Source: Octopus vulgaris (lineage: Eukaryota). From it: a DNA stretch of 64,000 nt. Positions 27,250 through 41,036 of this stretch are shown piece after piece. The stretch is from the NCBI GenBank assembly GCA_951406725.2, contig OX597832.1, forward strand, positions 70,928,001 through 70,992,000. The letters run 5' to 3'. The translations under genes were made by a program, and so were the position numbers. How positions within the stretch are numbered: position 1 is the first letter of the stretch; the number at the start of each line of letters is the position of its first letter. The notes beneath the pieces were generated by a model. That model saw nothing but the letters and a program-made list of their open reading frames with translations, searched no databases and had not been told where the DNA came from.

Positions 27250-28700
27250 CGAGTCACGAGATAAACTCTCAATTTCAGTTTTAATAGAAAAAAAACCTCT
27301 AAAATATGTATTGGGCATTCATTTCTCATTCGTTTGACATTAAGCAATGTATATATATGCATACAAAACTTCCGGTCACTTACACTTTTTGTTCGATCTC
27401 TTGCAGCTAAAATACAATGTGGAAGTGTTACTATCTAATGACTTATGCTTATGCTTCATATTTTGGTGTTCCTTATTTTCAGTTCTAATTTTATTTTTAG
27501 TATCTTTTTATTCTTAATCGTATTTTATTCTGACCGTCTCCCTCTATTGTGTGTTTACAACAGTGTGTCTTTATGTAAGATTTATTTCTCTTAGTATCGT
27601 GGCTAGAAGAATTACACCATCATTTTTTTCTGTATATCCAACCTTGGCTAATGCCACATTGTAATACGGTGCGTTAAAAACTGCTTCACTCACTGGTAGT
27701 TTTGACATTCGATTAGATATATTTTTTACTAGTCCTTCTTTTATAGAATGTAGGTGATTAATATACCTCAGGCTCCCATTTCGCTTGTAGAATGAATGGT
27801 TCAAATAATTTTGTATCTAAACTGTTGCATCCAGAAAGTTTACATTCCGGTAATTATTTTCAATAGTAATAGGTAAGAATTTGAAGTTGTTTTCTATGTC
27901 TTTCCATTTCAACCTTACTACATCGATCTAGTGTGAAGAGAGTGTCGACCCAATATAGACCACCCCACCCAATCTTAGAAAACCAAGATTCCATTTGGAA
28001 TAGGATATATACTCCAACTAGATCGATGACCTGTGCTGTACATCCCATTGCTATATCGAAAGAATCTACCCGATCAGGTCTCTTCCAAAATTGACCATGA
28101 AATCTACCGTAGTTCCCCACGCGGTAAATATAATTTCTGTCTCTGATCCAGACAATTCCGAATTCTACAGAGCAAAAATTAAAGCCTTATTTAGAAGAAT
28201 AGAATTAAGAATGGAGTCTAGCTATGTCTAGTTGTATTATTTTTTCTCCGATTTTTAAAATATCTGATTACCTCCTAAGTATCAGACCAGAGTGATGTCT
28301 AGTTTTAGATTAAAGAATTGCTATTACTCGATCGATAATATTTTTGCTAATTTTACCTATATCCAATTTAGAGGGGCATATTAATCTAACTTTAGGGTCA
28401 CTATCAAAATTGTTTTTATGATCTTTTCAATTTATCCTAGGTTTTCTGGGGTCATACTTATTACATAGTTTGTACTTATTACATAGGTTTTCCCAAATTA
28501 ATTCCTGATATAGTTTTGTTTCACAAAGTGAAGATTATCAGTCTTGGCTGCAAGTAACAACCTTCCTGGTATTTCTTTGAAATCTTCGAATGCTTTTAGT
28601 AATTTTTGCTGCTGTCTTTTATTTATCCGGGGAATGCATGTATAATGTCTGGTTTATGGCAATGAAACTAACATAGAAAAAATTTCTAAAAGGGTTCGAA
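27250..28700 (-). pseudogene. Penelope-like element RT remnant
   Basis: FDIAMG, GLYWVDTL (YRDD site), NVNFLDAT, YKRNGSLRYIN, SNRMSKL..EAVFNAPYYNVALAKVGY. Confidence 0.8.
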
Positions 28701-28759
28701 TGAAATGTTACAGAATAATGATTAGAGCGAGTAGATTTTGCTTAAAGAAATAATATATT

Positions 28760-29560
28760 GTTAAGTAGGTGGTTGTATGCAAACTCTTTCCGGTTTGATT
28801 ATATAAATGAGCAATTTTTTCATTAATAATTATAAAACTACCATCTTTATGACAGCAATCATCATAATTGCTTTAGATTTACTAATCTTTCTTGATGACT
28901 GAACTTTGGTCAATCCTATTACGGACAATAGGTGGTTGGTCTTTAGAATATATCAGTAAGTAAATAGATGTAATGAATTTATGGGCATGTTATTTGGATA
29001 AATATTAATTAGTACTATCTAAAGAACTATTATGATTACTTCTAAACGTTATGGCACTATCACTCCCTCTTTTTCTAGACCTATTGGCGTATCCCGTTAT
29101 ACTAAAGCACTTATTTTACTTTTTATTATTTATACACCCCGTTACCCCTAAAGAAAGATTAACCCACCAACTAATATTTTTAGTTTTGTCCTTTACTCAA
29201 CGGCCTAAAGCGTTACACTGCAAAATGGCATGATTCAAATATATTAAGCCTTCATTCCTCCTCTCAAGGCTCTTTTTCTTTTCTGTTCTTTTATTTTATG
29301 TATTTTCCTCACTCTGATGAATCTCTATGTTCCAGATCGGATGTGTTATAAAATATGACGAATACTATTCTCAGAATTTTTTTTGGCAACACTGTGGGAC
29401 ATTGGAAGCAGAAACGGCTGTTAGATGGGATGAAGTTTTCTATAAGAAAATATTAATCGGTGGTAGTCACTTGTTGTTGATCAATATTTCTCCATTTTCT
29501 GCTTCATTTAAATTTGATTCCTGATAAACTCTTGTTTATTTTGTTATTGCCTGCATCTTA
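28760..29560 (+). mobile_element. PLE 3' end (very degenerate GIY-YIG tail, UTR and HHR at 29306-29430)
   Basis: NH..CFR, TEL and NRCNEFMG fragments. HHR reads CTGATGA ... ATGTTCCA/TGGGACAT stem ... GAAA-CGGCTG-TT. Confidence 0.5.
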
Positions 29561-29641
29561 TGAGCATAATATGCTTCCATATGTATGTATGAATTTATGT
29601 ATGTACGTATGAATGTATGTATATGTATATGTATGTATATA

Positions 29642-30302
29642 TCTCTTATGATAAGAGGCAGATTTTCTCTGCCTGTTCCCATGTTCCTTTTTAATACAAT
29701 TCTACAAAATAGAATTTCTTCAATTGGAATTTACCTACGATTTTTACAAGTAGATTCGATTCGGTCATGGCATATAAAGTTTTTTCAATTTGACCCCCAA
29801 TTAAGCAAAAATTCGAGAAAAGTAAATATTTTACGATTTGCCTCTCTAATTTCAACTGCTTCACTCCTGGTATTACCATAATTTCTCTTACTTTCTCTTT
29901 GCAAATGTACCTTAAACCACTACTCAAAAAAAAAATACAGAGCAAACAGAAACAAATAAATACATAACGATTTACTCCTCACACAATTTCTTCAATTGGA
30001 GTTTACCTATGATTTTTCCAAGTACATTCCATTTGGTCATGGCATATAAATTTCTTTCAATTTCACCCCCAATTAAGCAAAAATTCGAGAAAACTCAATA
30101 TTTTACGATTTTCCTCTCTCACTTTAAAGGCTATACTCCGCCTATTACCACACTTACTCCCACTTTCTCTTTACACACATAGACACGCAAACATATACAT
30201 ATATGACAGTGTCAATTGTTGAAAGAAAATTGTAAGCTAAGGTGTGTGTGTGTGTGCGTGTGTGTGTGTGTGTGAGTGTGTGTGTGTGTGTGAGTGTGTG
30301 TC

Positions 30303-30333
<31 letters not shown>

Positions 30334-33300
30334 GTGTGTCTGTGTGTCTGTGTGTGTAACGGGGATGAGCCATTAATACTGGTCATCCTTTTTGCTAGAG
30401 GAAGATCTGCTATGGTCTTATATGCTACACCACTGGTTTTCAATTCATATTAATCAAATTAATATTCAATTTTTCACCCTTATTATGTGTGTGTGTATTA
30501 GCAATTCGTATAAAATTGCATCAATGACTTGAACTTGAATAAGTGGTTTCACATAAATGGGGATAAATTAAAAAGGTTTGTTGTTATTATTATTACTGTT
30601 TGACTATTGTAATCACGTGGCATGTAAAGTTTATAGCTGCAACACATTATATATACCGTACTTAAAACACACCATGACACACCACAAATGTACCTTGAAC
30701 GAGAAGGACTATTCATTATAATACATCAGTTCCACACATTTACCCTGGTTCCATTTCGGACAACTGCACAAACATTTGCCATTTGACACATGTATGTAAA
30801 CAATTTCCTTTCTTAAAAATTTCAATTCATTTTCTTTTTCAATTTACGTTTCTATACACTTTACACAAATATTTGATTAAACAACTAAAACACTTCACAT
30901 TTCGAACATGTACGTAAACTACTTCCATTCTTACAAATCTAACTTTATTTTCTTGCTTTTAACTCAACTTTCAATACACTTTACACACTCTGTCGCTATA
31001 CTTGCATAAAAAATTTCTTTCAGCTGCAAATATTTCTTTCTTTTCCTTTCACGGTTAACATTTTTCCACATTTCATTCACATTACAATTTCTATCTTTAA
31101 GTAACTTTCACCCTTTCTTTTTCACATAAAATGCCACCGAAAAAGAGAAGTCGCCTCGGCCGCCATACTGCAGCAGAAGGGCGCAAAAGGCGATTATCGC
31201 AAACGAGTCTTCCGACAAAAAGGCTTTCAGACTTTCACAGAGCGCCTTACGTTCAGCGCAATCACGAGCTGCTGAAAATTTACAACAGCGCAACGCACGC
31301 CTAGCAAAAATGGCTTCATACGATACTGCTTCCAGGGCTTCAGAGGGTCCGGAAACAAGGTCGAAGCGCATGCCATAAAGGCTTCTGCTGTTGCTGCACA
31401 AAGGGCTTCAGAGGACCCACAACAAAGGGCCACTCGACTGGCTACAAACGCTGCAGCTACTGCTGCTTCAACATTTTCGACACATTCCCACGACTCAGAC
31501 CAGCAACGTTCTACACTCCAGCGGAACAGTTGACGCCGCGAGGCTACCCGCGGTCTGACGAGTCCAAACAGCCCTTACTGGCATCTACGGGCTTCCAAGT
31601 ATGAGCCCAACTTCAATTACTCGATGCACGCTGACATAAATATTGGGAAAATGTGCTTCAATTGCCAATTCTGCAATGCTAAAAAGTGGGCTGTGGAACC
31701 ACCTGCAATGTGCTGCTTAAATGGTAAGGTCAGCTTGCCCCCTCTTCGGGAGCTGCCAGACCCTTTGAAGGAATTACTTACTGGTTCCACCTCAAGGTCA
31801 TCAAAATTCTTTCAACGCATCAGGAAGTACAATTTTGCATTTCAGATGACTTCTTTCGGGGCTAACGTTGTCAGAAAACTGGTTGGATGCCTACTTTCAA
31901 GGTCCAGGGCCAGGTGTACCACCTTATTGGGTCACTCCAGCCACTAAAAAATTGCAAACCTTCGTTCTTTCAAATCTATTTTATTTCAAATTACAATAGG
32001 CAACTTGATGTGCGTTTCGGCGTAATTCCACAACCTGCAAACACTGACGCTGACAATTTCGACAGGGACGTGCTGCTCAGTCTGCAAAACATGCTTCATG
32101 ACCACAACAGCTACATTCGCAGTTTCAAATACGCCTTGGAAACAGCCCCTTCACCAACATTCACCATTGTCATCGATGCTGACAAAAGGCCTTCTGGGGA
32201 GCACGCACGCCGATATAACGCTCCTTCGTGCAATGAAGTGGCCATAGTTCTCCATGGTGAACAGCACAATCAGCGAGACATAGTTCTTCAAAGCCGCGAC
32301 AGTGATCTTCAGCGTATTAATGAGACGCATCGGTCATATGACGCGCCTTCTTTTTCCGTATGGAGAAGACGGGTACCATTTCGGCATTCCTCACCACAAA
32401 CCAAACGAGCCCACTGCTTCGACATCTAAAACTGTTTCATGTATGGCTTTTTAATCATACCGCTTCATGACAAGGCATAATGATTTCAACCCCCTGCACA
32501 GATCACGGGAACTGTTTCACCAGTTTGCAATTGACATGGCTGCAAAGATGGAGTCCGAGAGACTGTGCTTCCTCAAATTGAATCAGAAGCAGCTGCGCTC
32601 AGACTCCTACATCCATTTGCGTGATGGCATTGGGAATGACATTGACGCCCGCAATATCGGCAAAATGTGCATTCTCCCCTCAACCTATACAGGGGGCCCA
32701 CGGTACATACACGAGCGAACACAAGACGCTATGACTTACGTTCGGCATTATGGGCGACCCGATTTATTCATTATCTTTATATGTAACCCAAAGTGGGTTG
32801 AGGTAACGCGAGAACTTCTCCCAGGGCAGCAGTACTGTCATCACCATGGTATTATTGCAAGGGTTTTCAGGCAGAAACTGGCTAAGCTCATTCATTTAAT
32901 AAAAAAAAGAGCAGGTTTTTGGGCCTGTTAACTGCCACATGTATACTGTTGAGTGGCAGAAAAGAGGGTTGCCACACGCGCACATTTTGCTTTGGTTGGT
33001 CAACAAAATAGACCCAACAGTTCTTGATGATCTCATTGCAGCAGAAATTCCGGACCCAACTGTTGACCGGCAGCTGTACGACATTGTGAAGGCACACATG
33101 GTACACGGTCCGTGCGGTCCTGGTTTTCAAAAGTTCTCCTCATGCCACAAAGACCACGTGTGCACTAAACGGTACCCAAAGAGGTTCGTGGACGAGAGCC
33201 AGACCGGCCGCGACAGATACCCACTGTACAGAAGAAGGCACCCTGACAATGGTGGATTCACTATGACGTTACGGGGTCATCAAGTGGATAATAGGTGGGT

Positions 33301-36300
33301 AGGGCCGTACTGTCCATTTCTGATGAAAACTTTTAACGCTCACATAAATGTGGAGTTCTGTCATTCAGTCAAGTCTATAAAGTATATATGTAAATATGTT
33401 AACAAGGGTTCTGACGCTGCCATGTTTGGCCTTCAAAAGGACAATAGCATGGACGAGGTGTCACAGTACTTGGCAGGTCGGTACATAAACAGTGGTGAAG
33501 CTTTTTGGCGGATATTCGGGTTTCCACTTCACCAAAGGCACCCCGCCATCATACAACTAGCGGTTCATTTGGAAAATGGCCAGTGAACTTACTTTACTGA
33601 ACAGACTGCAGCTGAATTGGCGGCAAATCCAAAATAAACAACTTTGACCGGTTTCTTTAGGCTTTGCCAACTTGACACATTTGCTAAAACACTTTTATAC
33701 CCACAGGTCCCGTCCTACTACGTGTGGTCAAACAACAATTCGGTGCGTAGGAAGTCGGGTCAGGATGTTGAAGGACATCCTGGTGTCAAGTTTAACAGTT
33801 GTCTAGGAAGAGTCTACACTGTACCTCCAAACCAACATGAGTGTTTTCACCTGTGCCTTCTCCTCCATCAGGTTTAAGGCCCACAAAGTTTTCAAGACAT
33901 CAGAACTGTTGATGGTGTATTATGGGATACTTTCCGCGAAGCCTGTTTTCGGCGTCGACTTTTGGAGGATGATTCACAATGGGGCGCCACTATGGCGGAG
34001 GGTGTTTCATTAAAATCTCCTAAAAAAATCAGATCGCTTTTCGCTATTCTACTACTATGGTGTGACTTGGCTAATCCCGCCTCTTTATGGCTTACCTACA
34101 AAGATTATATGTCTGAAGATTTCCTGCGTCACGCTCAATCGCTACATCCATCAATGGAGGTCGGGTACACTGACCTCATTTACAACAGGGCGCTGCTTGA
34201 AATCGAAGATACTGTACTTCATATGGGCGGTAGTGCCTTGCCGGTCTATGGCCTACCTTCAACAAACCGGGAAGGCACAAACACTCTGTCTTCACATTTG
34301 CTGCGTGAGACATGTTTTAATGTTGACGAGCTTGCCGAGTACATAGCCGACAATGAGCCAAAGCTCCTTCCAGAACAGAAGCTCGCTTACAACTCCGTTG
34401 TTAATTCAGTCCGGGCCAAAGCTGGGGGGATTTTCTTCCTGGACGCTCCTGGGGGCACTGGGAAAACTTCTGTCAACAAATTAATATTGGCTGAGATTAG
34501 GCGAACACAAGGCATTGCCCTAGCTGTGGCATCATCTGGAATTGCGGCTACTTTGTTGCCAGGCGGCAGGACAGCTCACTCCACTTTCAAGCTCCCGCTT
34601 GACTTAGCGAAGACTGAGACACCAACTTGCAACATCAGTAACAGCTCCGATCAGGCAGAAGTCTTCAGACGATGCAAGCTTATCGTTTGGGATGAATGCA
34701 CGATGGCCCACAGAGGTGCTCTTGAGGCACTAGATAGATCTCTCAGAGACATCAAACACTCTTCAGCTCCCATGGGAGGCATAACACTTCTTCTTTCAGG
34801 GGACTTCCGACAAACACTTCCCGTTATTCCCAAAGGGACTAGAGCTGATGCAGTAAGTGCGTGTCTTAAGTCATCCACATTGTGGCCACTGGTGAAGACT
34901 CTCAAACTTCACACCAATATGCGTGCTCATATGCGACGTGATATCACATCAGCAGCATTTTCTCACATCCTCCTTGCACTTGGCGAAGGCAAAATACCAG
35001 GGGATGAAAATGGTAATATTGCCATCGATTCCATTTGTACCATTGTTAAAACGCCTTCTGATCTCAGAGATGCAGTGTTCCCAGATCTACAAGCTAATTA
35101 TCAGAATATGGATTGGATTGACCAAAGGGCTATTCTGGCCCTGAGGAATAAAACTGTTCACCATATTAATGATGACATGCTAAAACTCATTCCTGGGGAT
35201 GTCTATGTATATAAGTCTATCGATACAACTCCTAACCCAGAGGACGTCATCAACTATCCAATAGAGGTACTCAATTTCTTTGAGCCCCCCCCCCCACCTC
35301 GGACTACCACCACACATTCTCAAACTTAAAGTTGGTGCCCCTATAATGCTCATTAGAAATTTGGTTCCCCCAAAACAATGCAATGGCACACGTTTGATCG
35401 TTAAGTCCTTATCTCCCAATCTGATTGAGGCCACCATTATCACAGGGTGCGGTCGAGGCAACGTTGTGCTCATACCTAGGATGCATTTTTTCCCATCAGG
35501 AGCAGACCTACCTTTCATATTTCGGAGGTCCCAGTTCCCAGTAAGGCCATGTTTCGCAATGTCAATTAACAAAGCGTAGGGTCAAACACTGTCTGTGGCG
35601 GGAATACATTTGGGAGAGCCATGTTTCTCTCATGATCAGATTTATGTTGACTGCTCGCGTGTCGGCAGCAACAGTGATGCTTTCGCATTCGTTCCACAAC
35701 GAAAAACAAAAAACATTGTGTACAAGGAGGTTTTATAGGATTACTACGTTTCATCATTTTCGAACACGTTAGTATTTCACTTAAATACGACTCTCTTTTA
35801 TGATGGCATTTACATTTTTAGGCGTTTCATGACATTAATTCACACTTAACCAACACCTGTCCTTCGCTCACTTCTATTTATATCCATTCATCATCAAACC
35901 ACCAGCCTCATCTTCTATATCCAACGTACATGACACATCTACCCCCTACATCTACACTCTCACTGTTAAAGTTTACATAAGCGACAACACGATCGCAACA
36001 TACACTTTGGAAACTAAGCAACAGATCATTTTATACAACAAATTTAATCATAACGCCCATCAATGAAAACATCTCCACCACTGTGTTGTGATTCATCTAA
36101 TCAGCACCACTACAGTCTTGTCGGTCTGACATATGGTGAGTAGATGCTATTGTTTTATATTTTATAAGTTACCCATATTTACTTACCCATGCTTCATTCC
36201 CCTCTTGCCTACATAGGGCATCCATTCTCTTTTAACACAGCATGAAGTTTTGTAACAGCACATCCTATTCACCTGCGAACGTTTTACATCGCCTTCCACG

Positions 36301-36537
36301 ACTATCAAATTCTTACAATTATGAGAACAATAACATGGCTCTTTTCAAGGCAACCTCGCATTCAATTCTTACACCATTCTACGAGGGGGTAGGAACCCCT
36401 TTACACGGCTTTCTATACACTTACAAATACATTCATTCGCCGTAAACTTATATCAATATTTGCCTGAATAATCATCATAATTCAGTGCAATCATTAACAG
36501 TACTTTCAAGCAATTCAGCCCCGAGTAACGCCGGGAA

Positions 36538-36544
<7 letters not shown>
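29642..36544 (+). mobile_element. Helitron, formerly autonomous, with both termini recognisable
   Basis: 5' A|TC(tcttatgataagag). 3' hairpin cccgagtaacgccggg (36520-36535) followed by aaattCTA and (TA)n. Contains RepHel and internal duplications (29694-29905 vs 29983-30175). Confidence 0.85.
31131..35738 (+). pseudogene. Helitron RepHel (Zn finger, HUH/Y2 Rep, Pif1-family SF1B helicase), frameshifted
   Basis: CQFC...CCLNGKV; PDLFIIFICNPKW; VEWQKRGLPHAHILLW; KYICKYVNKG; DAPGGTGKT; WDECTM; GDFRQTLPV; [15 protein letters not shown]. Broken into about eight ORFs by stops and frameshifts. Confidence 0.95.
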
Positions 36545-36606
<62 letters not shown>

Positions 36607-36643
36607 GCGTATATACATATATATATAAATACATACATATGTT

Positions 36644-36674
<31 letters not shown>

Positions 36675-37159
36675 GTGTATGTATGTATATGCACTCTAAG
36701 ATTTTTTTCTATTCTGACAGACATCGTTGTAATTAATTTTTAATTTGGTTTATTTTTAATTTATTTTTTACATCTCTAGAACTGGCTAATATACGAGATT
36801 AGGTAAATAGTGATGCATTTTGTGAAGCACGTGTATCTATTATCTGCACATGCGCGCACCACCCTCCCAGACACAAACACACAGACGCAAAGTCAAACAA
36901 TACACGTGTGACTTATTACTCTATAAGCCTCTCAAATTAAGTGTCATTATTCTCCTGTCAAGGTTTCCATTCATTCTTCTCTCTTATTCTCTCTCTTTCT
37001 CTTTCTCACTCTCTCCACACTCTACACACACACAAGCGCACACACACGCACATACATCAGCGCGCACACACACACAAAGACGCACATACATATATACACA
37101 TACATAGATACATACATTCGTACATTTATACCTATATATATACATACGTGTATATATAC

Positions 37160-37210
<51 letters not shown>

Positions 37211-37217
<7 letters not shown>

Positions 37218-37287
37218 GCCCACGTATGGATGTGCATGTATCTTTTTCACTGTTCTCTTTCGCTCTTTCTCTAGGTTCTTCTCTCAG

Positions 37288-37366
<79 letters not shown>

Positions 37367-37438
37367 GCACACGTATGGATGTGCATGTATCTCTTTCACT
37401 GTTCTCTTTCGCTCTTTCTCTAGCTTCTTCTCTCAGTC
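37211..37438. repeat. Tandem duplication (~78-bp core, ~150-bp period) separated by (TA)n
   Basis: cacgtatggatgtgcatgtatc...ctctttctctag..cttctctcagt occurs twice. Confidence 0.85.
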
Positions 37439-38439
37439 TGTCTCCCTCTCTCTCACTCGTTCTTCCCCCTCTTTCTCCCAAATACACATTCTTTCTATCG
37501 CTCTACTTTTCAAAATGGCGTCTCTTTCATGAAAATCTCCCGTGATTAATGAACGTGCTTTTAGCCTCACTCCACAAAATAATCACTCACCTACGATTAA
37601 CGAAAATAGTAATAATAATAATAGTTATAGTAATAGTAATGATGATGATGATGATGATAACAAAAAAAGCAACCATCTTGTTATTTATTCTTTTACTTAT
37701 TTATTTGGTTATCTAGTTATTTATTTATTTTAGCTTTCCATTTTCAAGCGTACAAAAAAAGAATAAGAAGTACAAAAACATACAAAACAAAATGACAAAA
37801 TTTAATCCTCTGGAAAAGAAGCAAAGATAAAACAAACACCAAAATGAAATGAAATAAGATAAAGAGCGGAGCTGGTGTATAATATGGGCGAGGATGTAGA
37901 AAAGGGAGGAATATTGATGGGAAGATAAGGAGTGTAAAAGCGGACAGATTTGTCGCATAAATCAGATATCAACGAAAGGATTTCCTTTTCCGACCACCAC
38001 CCCTCATTGTACAGACAATCAACTGATTCCCATCAGGCATCGGTGCGAGGAAATAAATAGAGATGAAGGATTTGTGGATGGAAAGAGAAAGGATCGGGGG
38101 AGAGTGAGATGTTATTCACAGGTGTGTGTGTATGAGTATGTGTGTGTGCATGCTCACTAGCACCGACCATCACTTTGGTGACGACTATACTTGTTGCTTT
38201 TCGGTTCTAAATTGCGAATAGTCACTTTGATAATAGTAATAATATATATATATATTACATACATATAAGAGGGATGACCACTAAGTGGACATCCAGTATG
38301 CTAGAGGTAGACCCCATATGGTCTGACCACTAAGAAAAGATTGTTCTGAAGAATATTCAGCAAGCGCCAGAGCGTAAGCGAGCAAGACAAATGAAATGAT
38401 ACAAATTATAAGGATTAGTCACAAACCTGGTTTCCTTGT

Positions 38440-38553
38440 TACCACATACGTAAGCTATAGTAGAAGGAACTTGCCCAAGGTGCCACGCAGTGGGACTGAA
38501 CTTGAATCATGTGGTTAGTAAGCAAGCTACTTACCACAAAGCCACTCCTGCAC
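38440..38553 (-). mobile_element. SINE family A, head fragment
   Basis: acttgcccaaggtgccacgcagtgggactgaac...aagccactcctgcacc. Confidence 0.8.
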
Positions 38554-38594
38554 CTATACACACACACACACACATACTCACACACACACTCACA

Positions 38595-38637
<43 letters not shown>

Positions 38638-38651
38638 ATAAACAAACACAT

Positions 38652-38687
<36 letters not shown>

Positions 38688-39177
38688 GTATCTTAGATCC
38701 TGAAAGGGTATAAAAGTAGGGTATTTCCAGAGTAGCACTCAACCCGAATTCCGTGCTATGAACACTGTCCGGTTCCAGACCAATGGTTTTGGGACGGTAA
38801 CACCGTTGTGTGGGTTTGGCGAAGAGTAAATTATAATCCAAATAATAACAAAACAAAGAAATTCTTTAACACATCTTTAAGGATTCGTTACAATTTGCTT
38901 CTGTACCTGCTCTGCTTGCGATACAGACATTAGAGTGGCATTTCACCTGACTTGCATCAATTGTTCGCTTTTACATTGTTTGTTTTCCAGACATAGTTTT
39001 TTTTAGCTTATATACAAATCTAATGAAGTGCCCCTCCAATGTCTAAAACTGCAAACATTAAGCAACATTTTCACTTCAAATTTTTGCGTAAACTGGTTTT
39101 GTAAGCAGAGTTGGTTCAAAAACAAATGTAACGAAAGATGTGTTAAAGAATTTCTTAGTTTTCTTATCATCTGAATA

Positions 39178-40964
39178 TCTCTCTATATATAAAACTGAGA
39201 ATGTGTGTGTGTGTGTGTGTCTGTCAATCTGTGTGTTTTCCTAAAACTTGAGAACTAGGCAACCAATTTCATTCAAATTTTACACATGCCTTACTTAGGG
39301 TCCGGGGAGTGTCATCGGCAAAAAAAATGTTTAACTTTTTGCCTAGGGTGAGCCCATAGCAATATCATATCTTCTCGTCTACTATTCCCTAAAACTTGAG
39401 AACTACACAACCAATTTCATTCAAATTTTACACATGCCTTACTTAGGTTCCATGTAGTTTCATGGGCAAAAAAATGTTCAACTTCTTGCCATATCTTTTC
39501 CACTATTATGTGTTAAATGTGAAACAAAAACATTTCTCTATTTTATGTCAGATACTTTCACTTTAACAATAAAAATAATAATAACAATTGAATTATATGT
39601 AGTAAATAATAATTAAAATCAAACTAAAGTATAATATAATCGTAGCATAACAAAAGTAAAAATAGTAATTGGTATAAAATTGCATCAATGACTTGAACTT
39701 GAATAAGTGGTTTCACATGAATGGGAATAAATTAAAAATAAAATTAGCGTACAGAAATGGAATAGTCCAGATGGAGCTGTGCTTTTACATTAAATTATCT
39801 GCTAATTAGCTAGCATTAAATATCTATATATAATTTGTATCATTTCATTTGTCTTGCTCGCTTACGCTCTGGCGCTTGCTGAATATTCTTCAGAACAATC
39901 TTTTCTTAGTGGTCAGACCATATGGGGTCTACCTCTAGCATACTGGATGTATATAATATCTGTTTTCTTGAACAGCCGCTTCTATAGAATACTGCTGTTG
40001 GTTTATTTCTTATACATAAAGGACTATAGCTTCAACTGCTTACTGCTTTCTGATTCATCGTAAGGTTTGTTGTTATTATTATTACTGTTTAACTATTGTT
40101 ATCACGTTTGTTGGTTCCTCGTAAAGGAAACATTGTTGTGTTGCATTTGTTAAATAATTGTAAACTGTAACCCTCCCCCTTTGGGAGAAGGAGCTTTGGT
40201 TATTGTTCAAAAATTGAAATGTGTCCCTGTTAGGGGAAATTGACAATATTTTCACCGTTTATACGGAAGCATTTTTGTTAAAATGCCTTCGATAGAAGAA
40301 CGTCCAAAAATGAATTTCGCTGCAGCCGTCGGCGGGCGCGAACTCATTGAAATTGAAATGAAAGAAATACGGATTGATCACCGACTAAGACGGTGAATCT
40401 AGGATAACACCACCAAACGAAATGAAAAAAATTAAATTAAAGAAAAGACTATTGTCTATAAGTATACAATGTAGAGAAAAAAAATATTTGAACACCTGGA
40501 GGAAAGCACCATCGAAACGTGTCTTGGTGCGACTATGTAAGATATCTAACTAGAGGCGGTAAATTCGCCACAATACAAGCAAGGTTCGAGTCAACGGAGC
40601 GTGCAAGGAAGTACTCGACTCGAATCTTGCAAAGTGGAAATATTTTACTTTTACCTTTATATCTGGGACGTAGGACGTCCCGGATAAAAATTAAAAATGT
40701 CCCATCGGAAGTAGAGGTAGGCTGGATTGTAGCCACAATTCTATACAAGAGGGAGGACAAGATACAATTGATCGAAATTGCAAGAGACGGGCCTACAATT
40801 CCAGTCTGTTATATATTTTGAGTATTGTTATCACTAGCGATATCAAGATATAACTTTGTATCTTGCATTTTATGTGTATCTGTACATGTAATATGTACAC
40901 ATATATATACACATATATACATGCACTAGGACTATGACCCGGCGTTGCCGGGTCATAATGCTAG
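39178..40964 (+). mobile_element. Non-autonomous Helitron copy 1 (~1.8 kb)
   Basis: A|TCtctctatatataaaactgagaatgtgtg 5' end, subterminal ~147-bp tandem repeat, and 3' tatgacccggc-gtt-gccgggtcata-atgCTAG|T. Confidence 0.9.
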
Positions 40965-40979
40965 TTATATATAAAAACA

Positions 40980-41036
<57 letters not shown>

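Noticed and set aside
38856-39156. 23-bp inverted repeat (aagaaattctttaacacatcttt) as transposon TIRs
   Set aside because: The IR is real, but no TSD or element boundary could be defined. It is probably another old foldback remnant.
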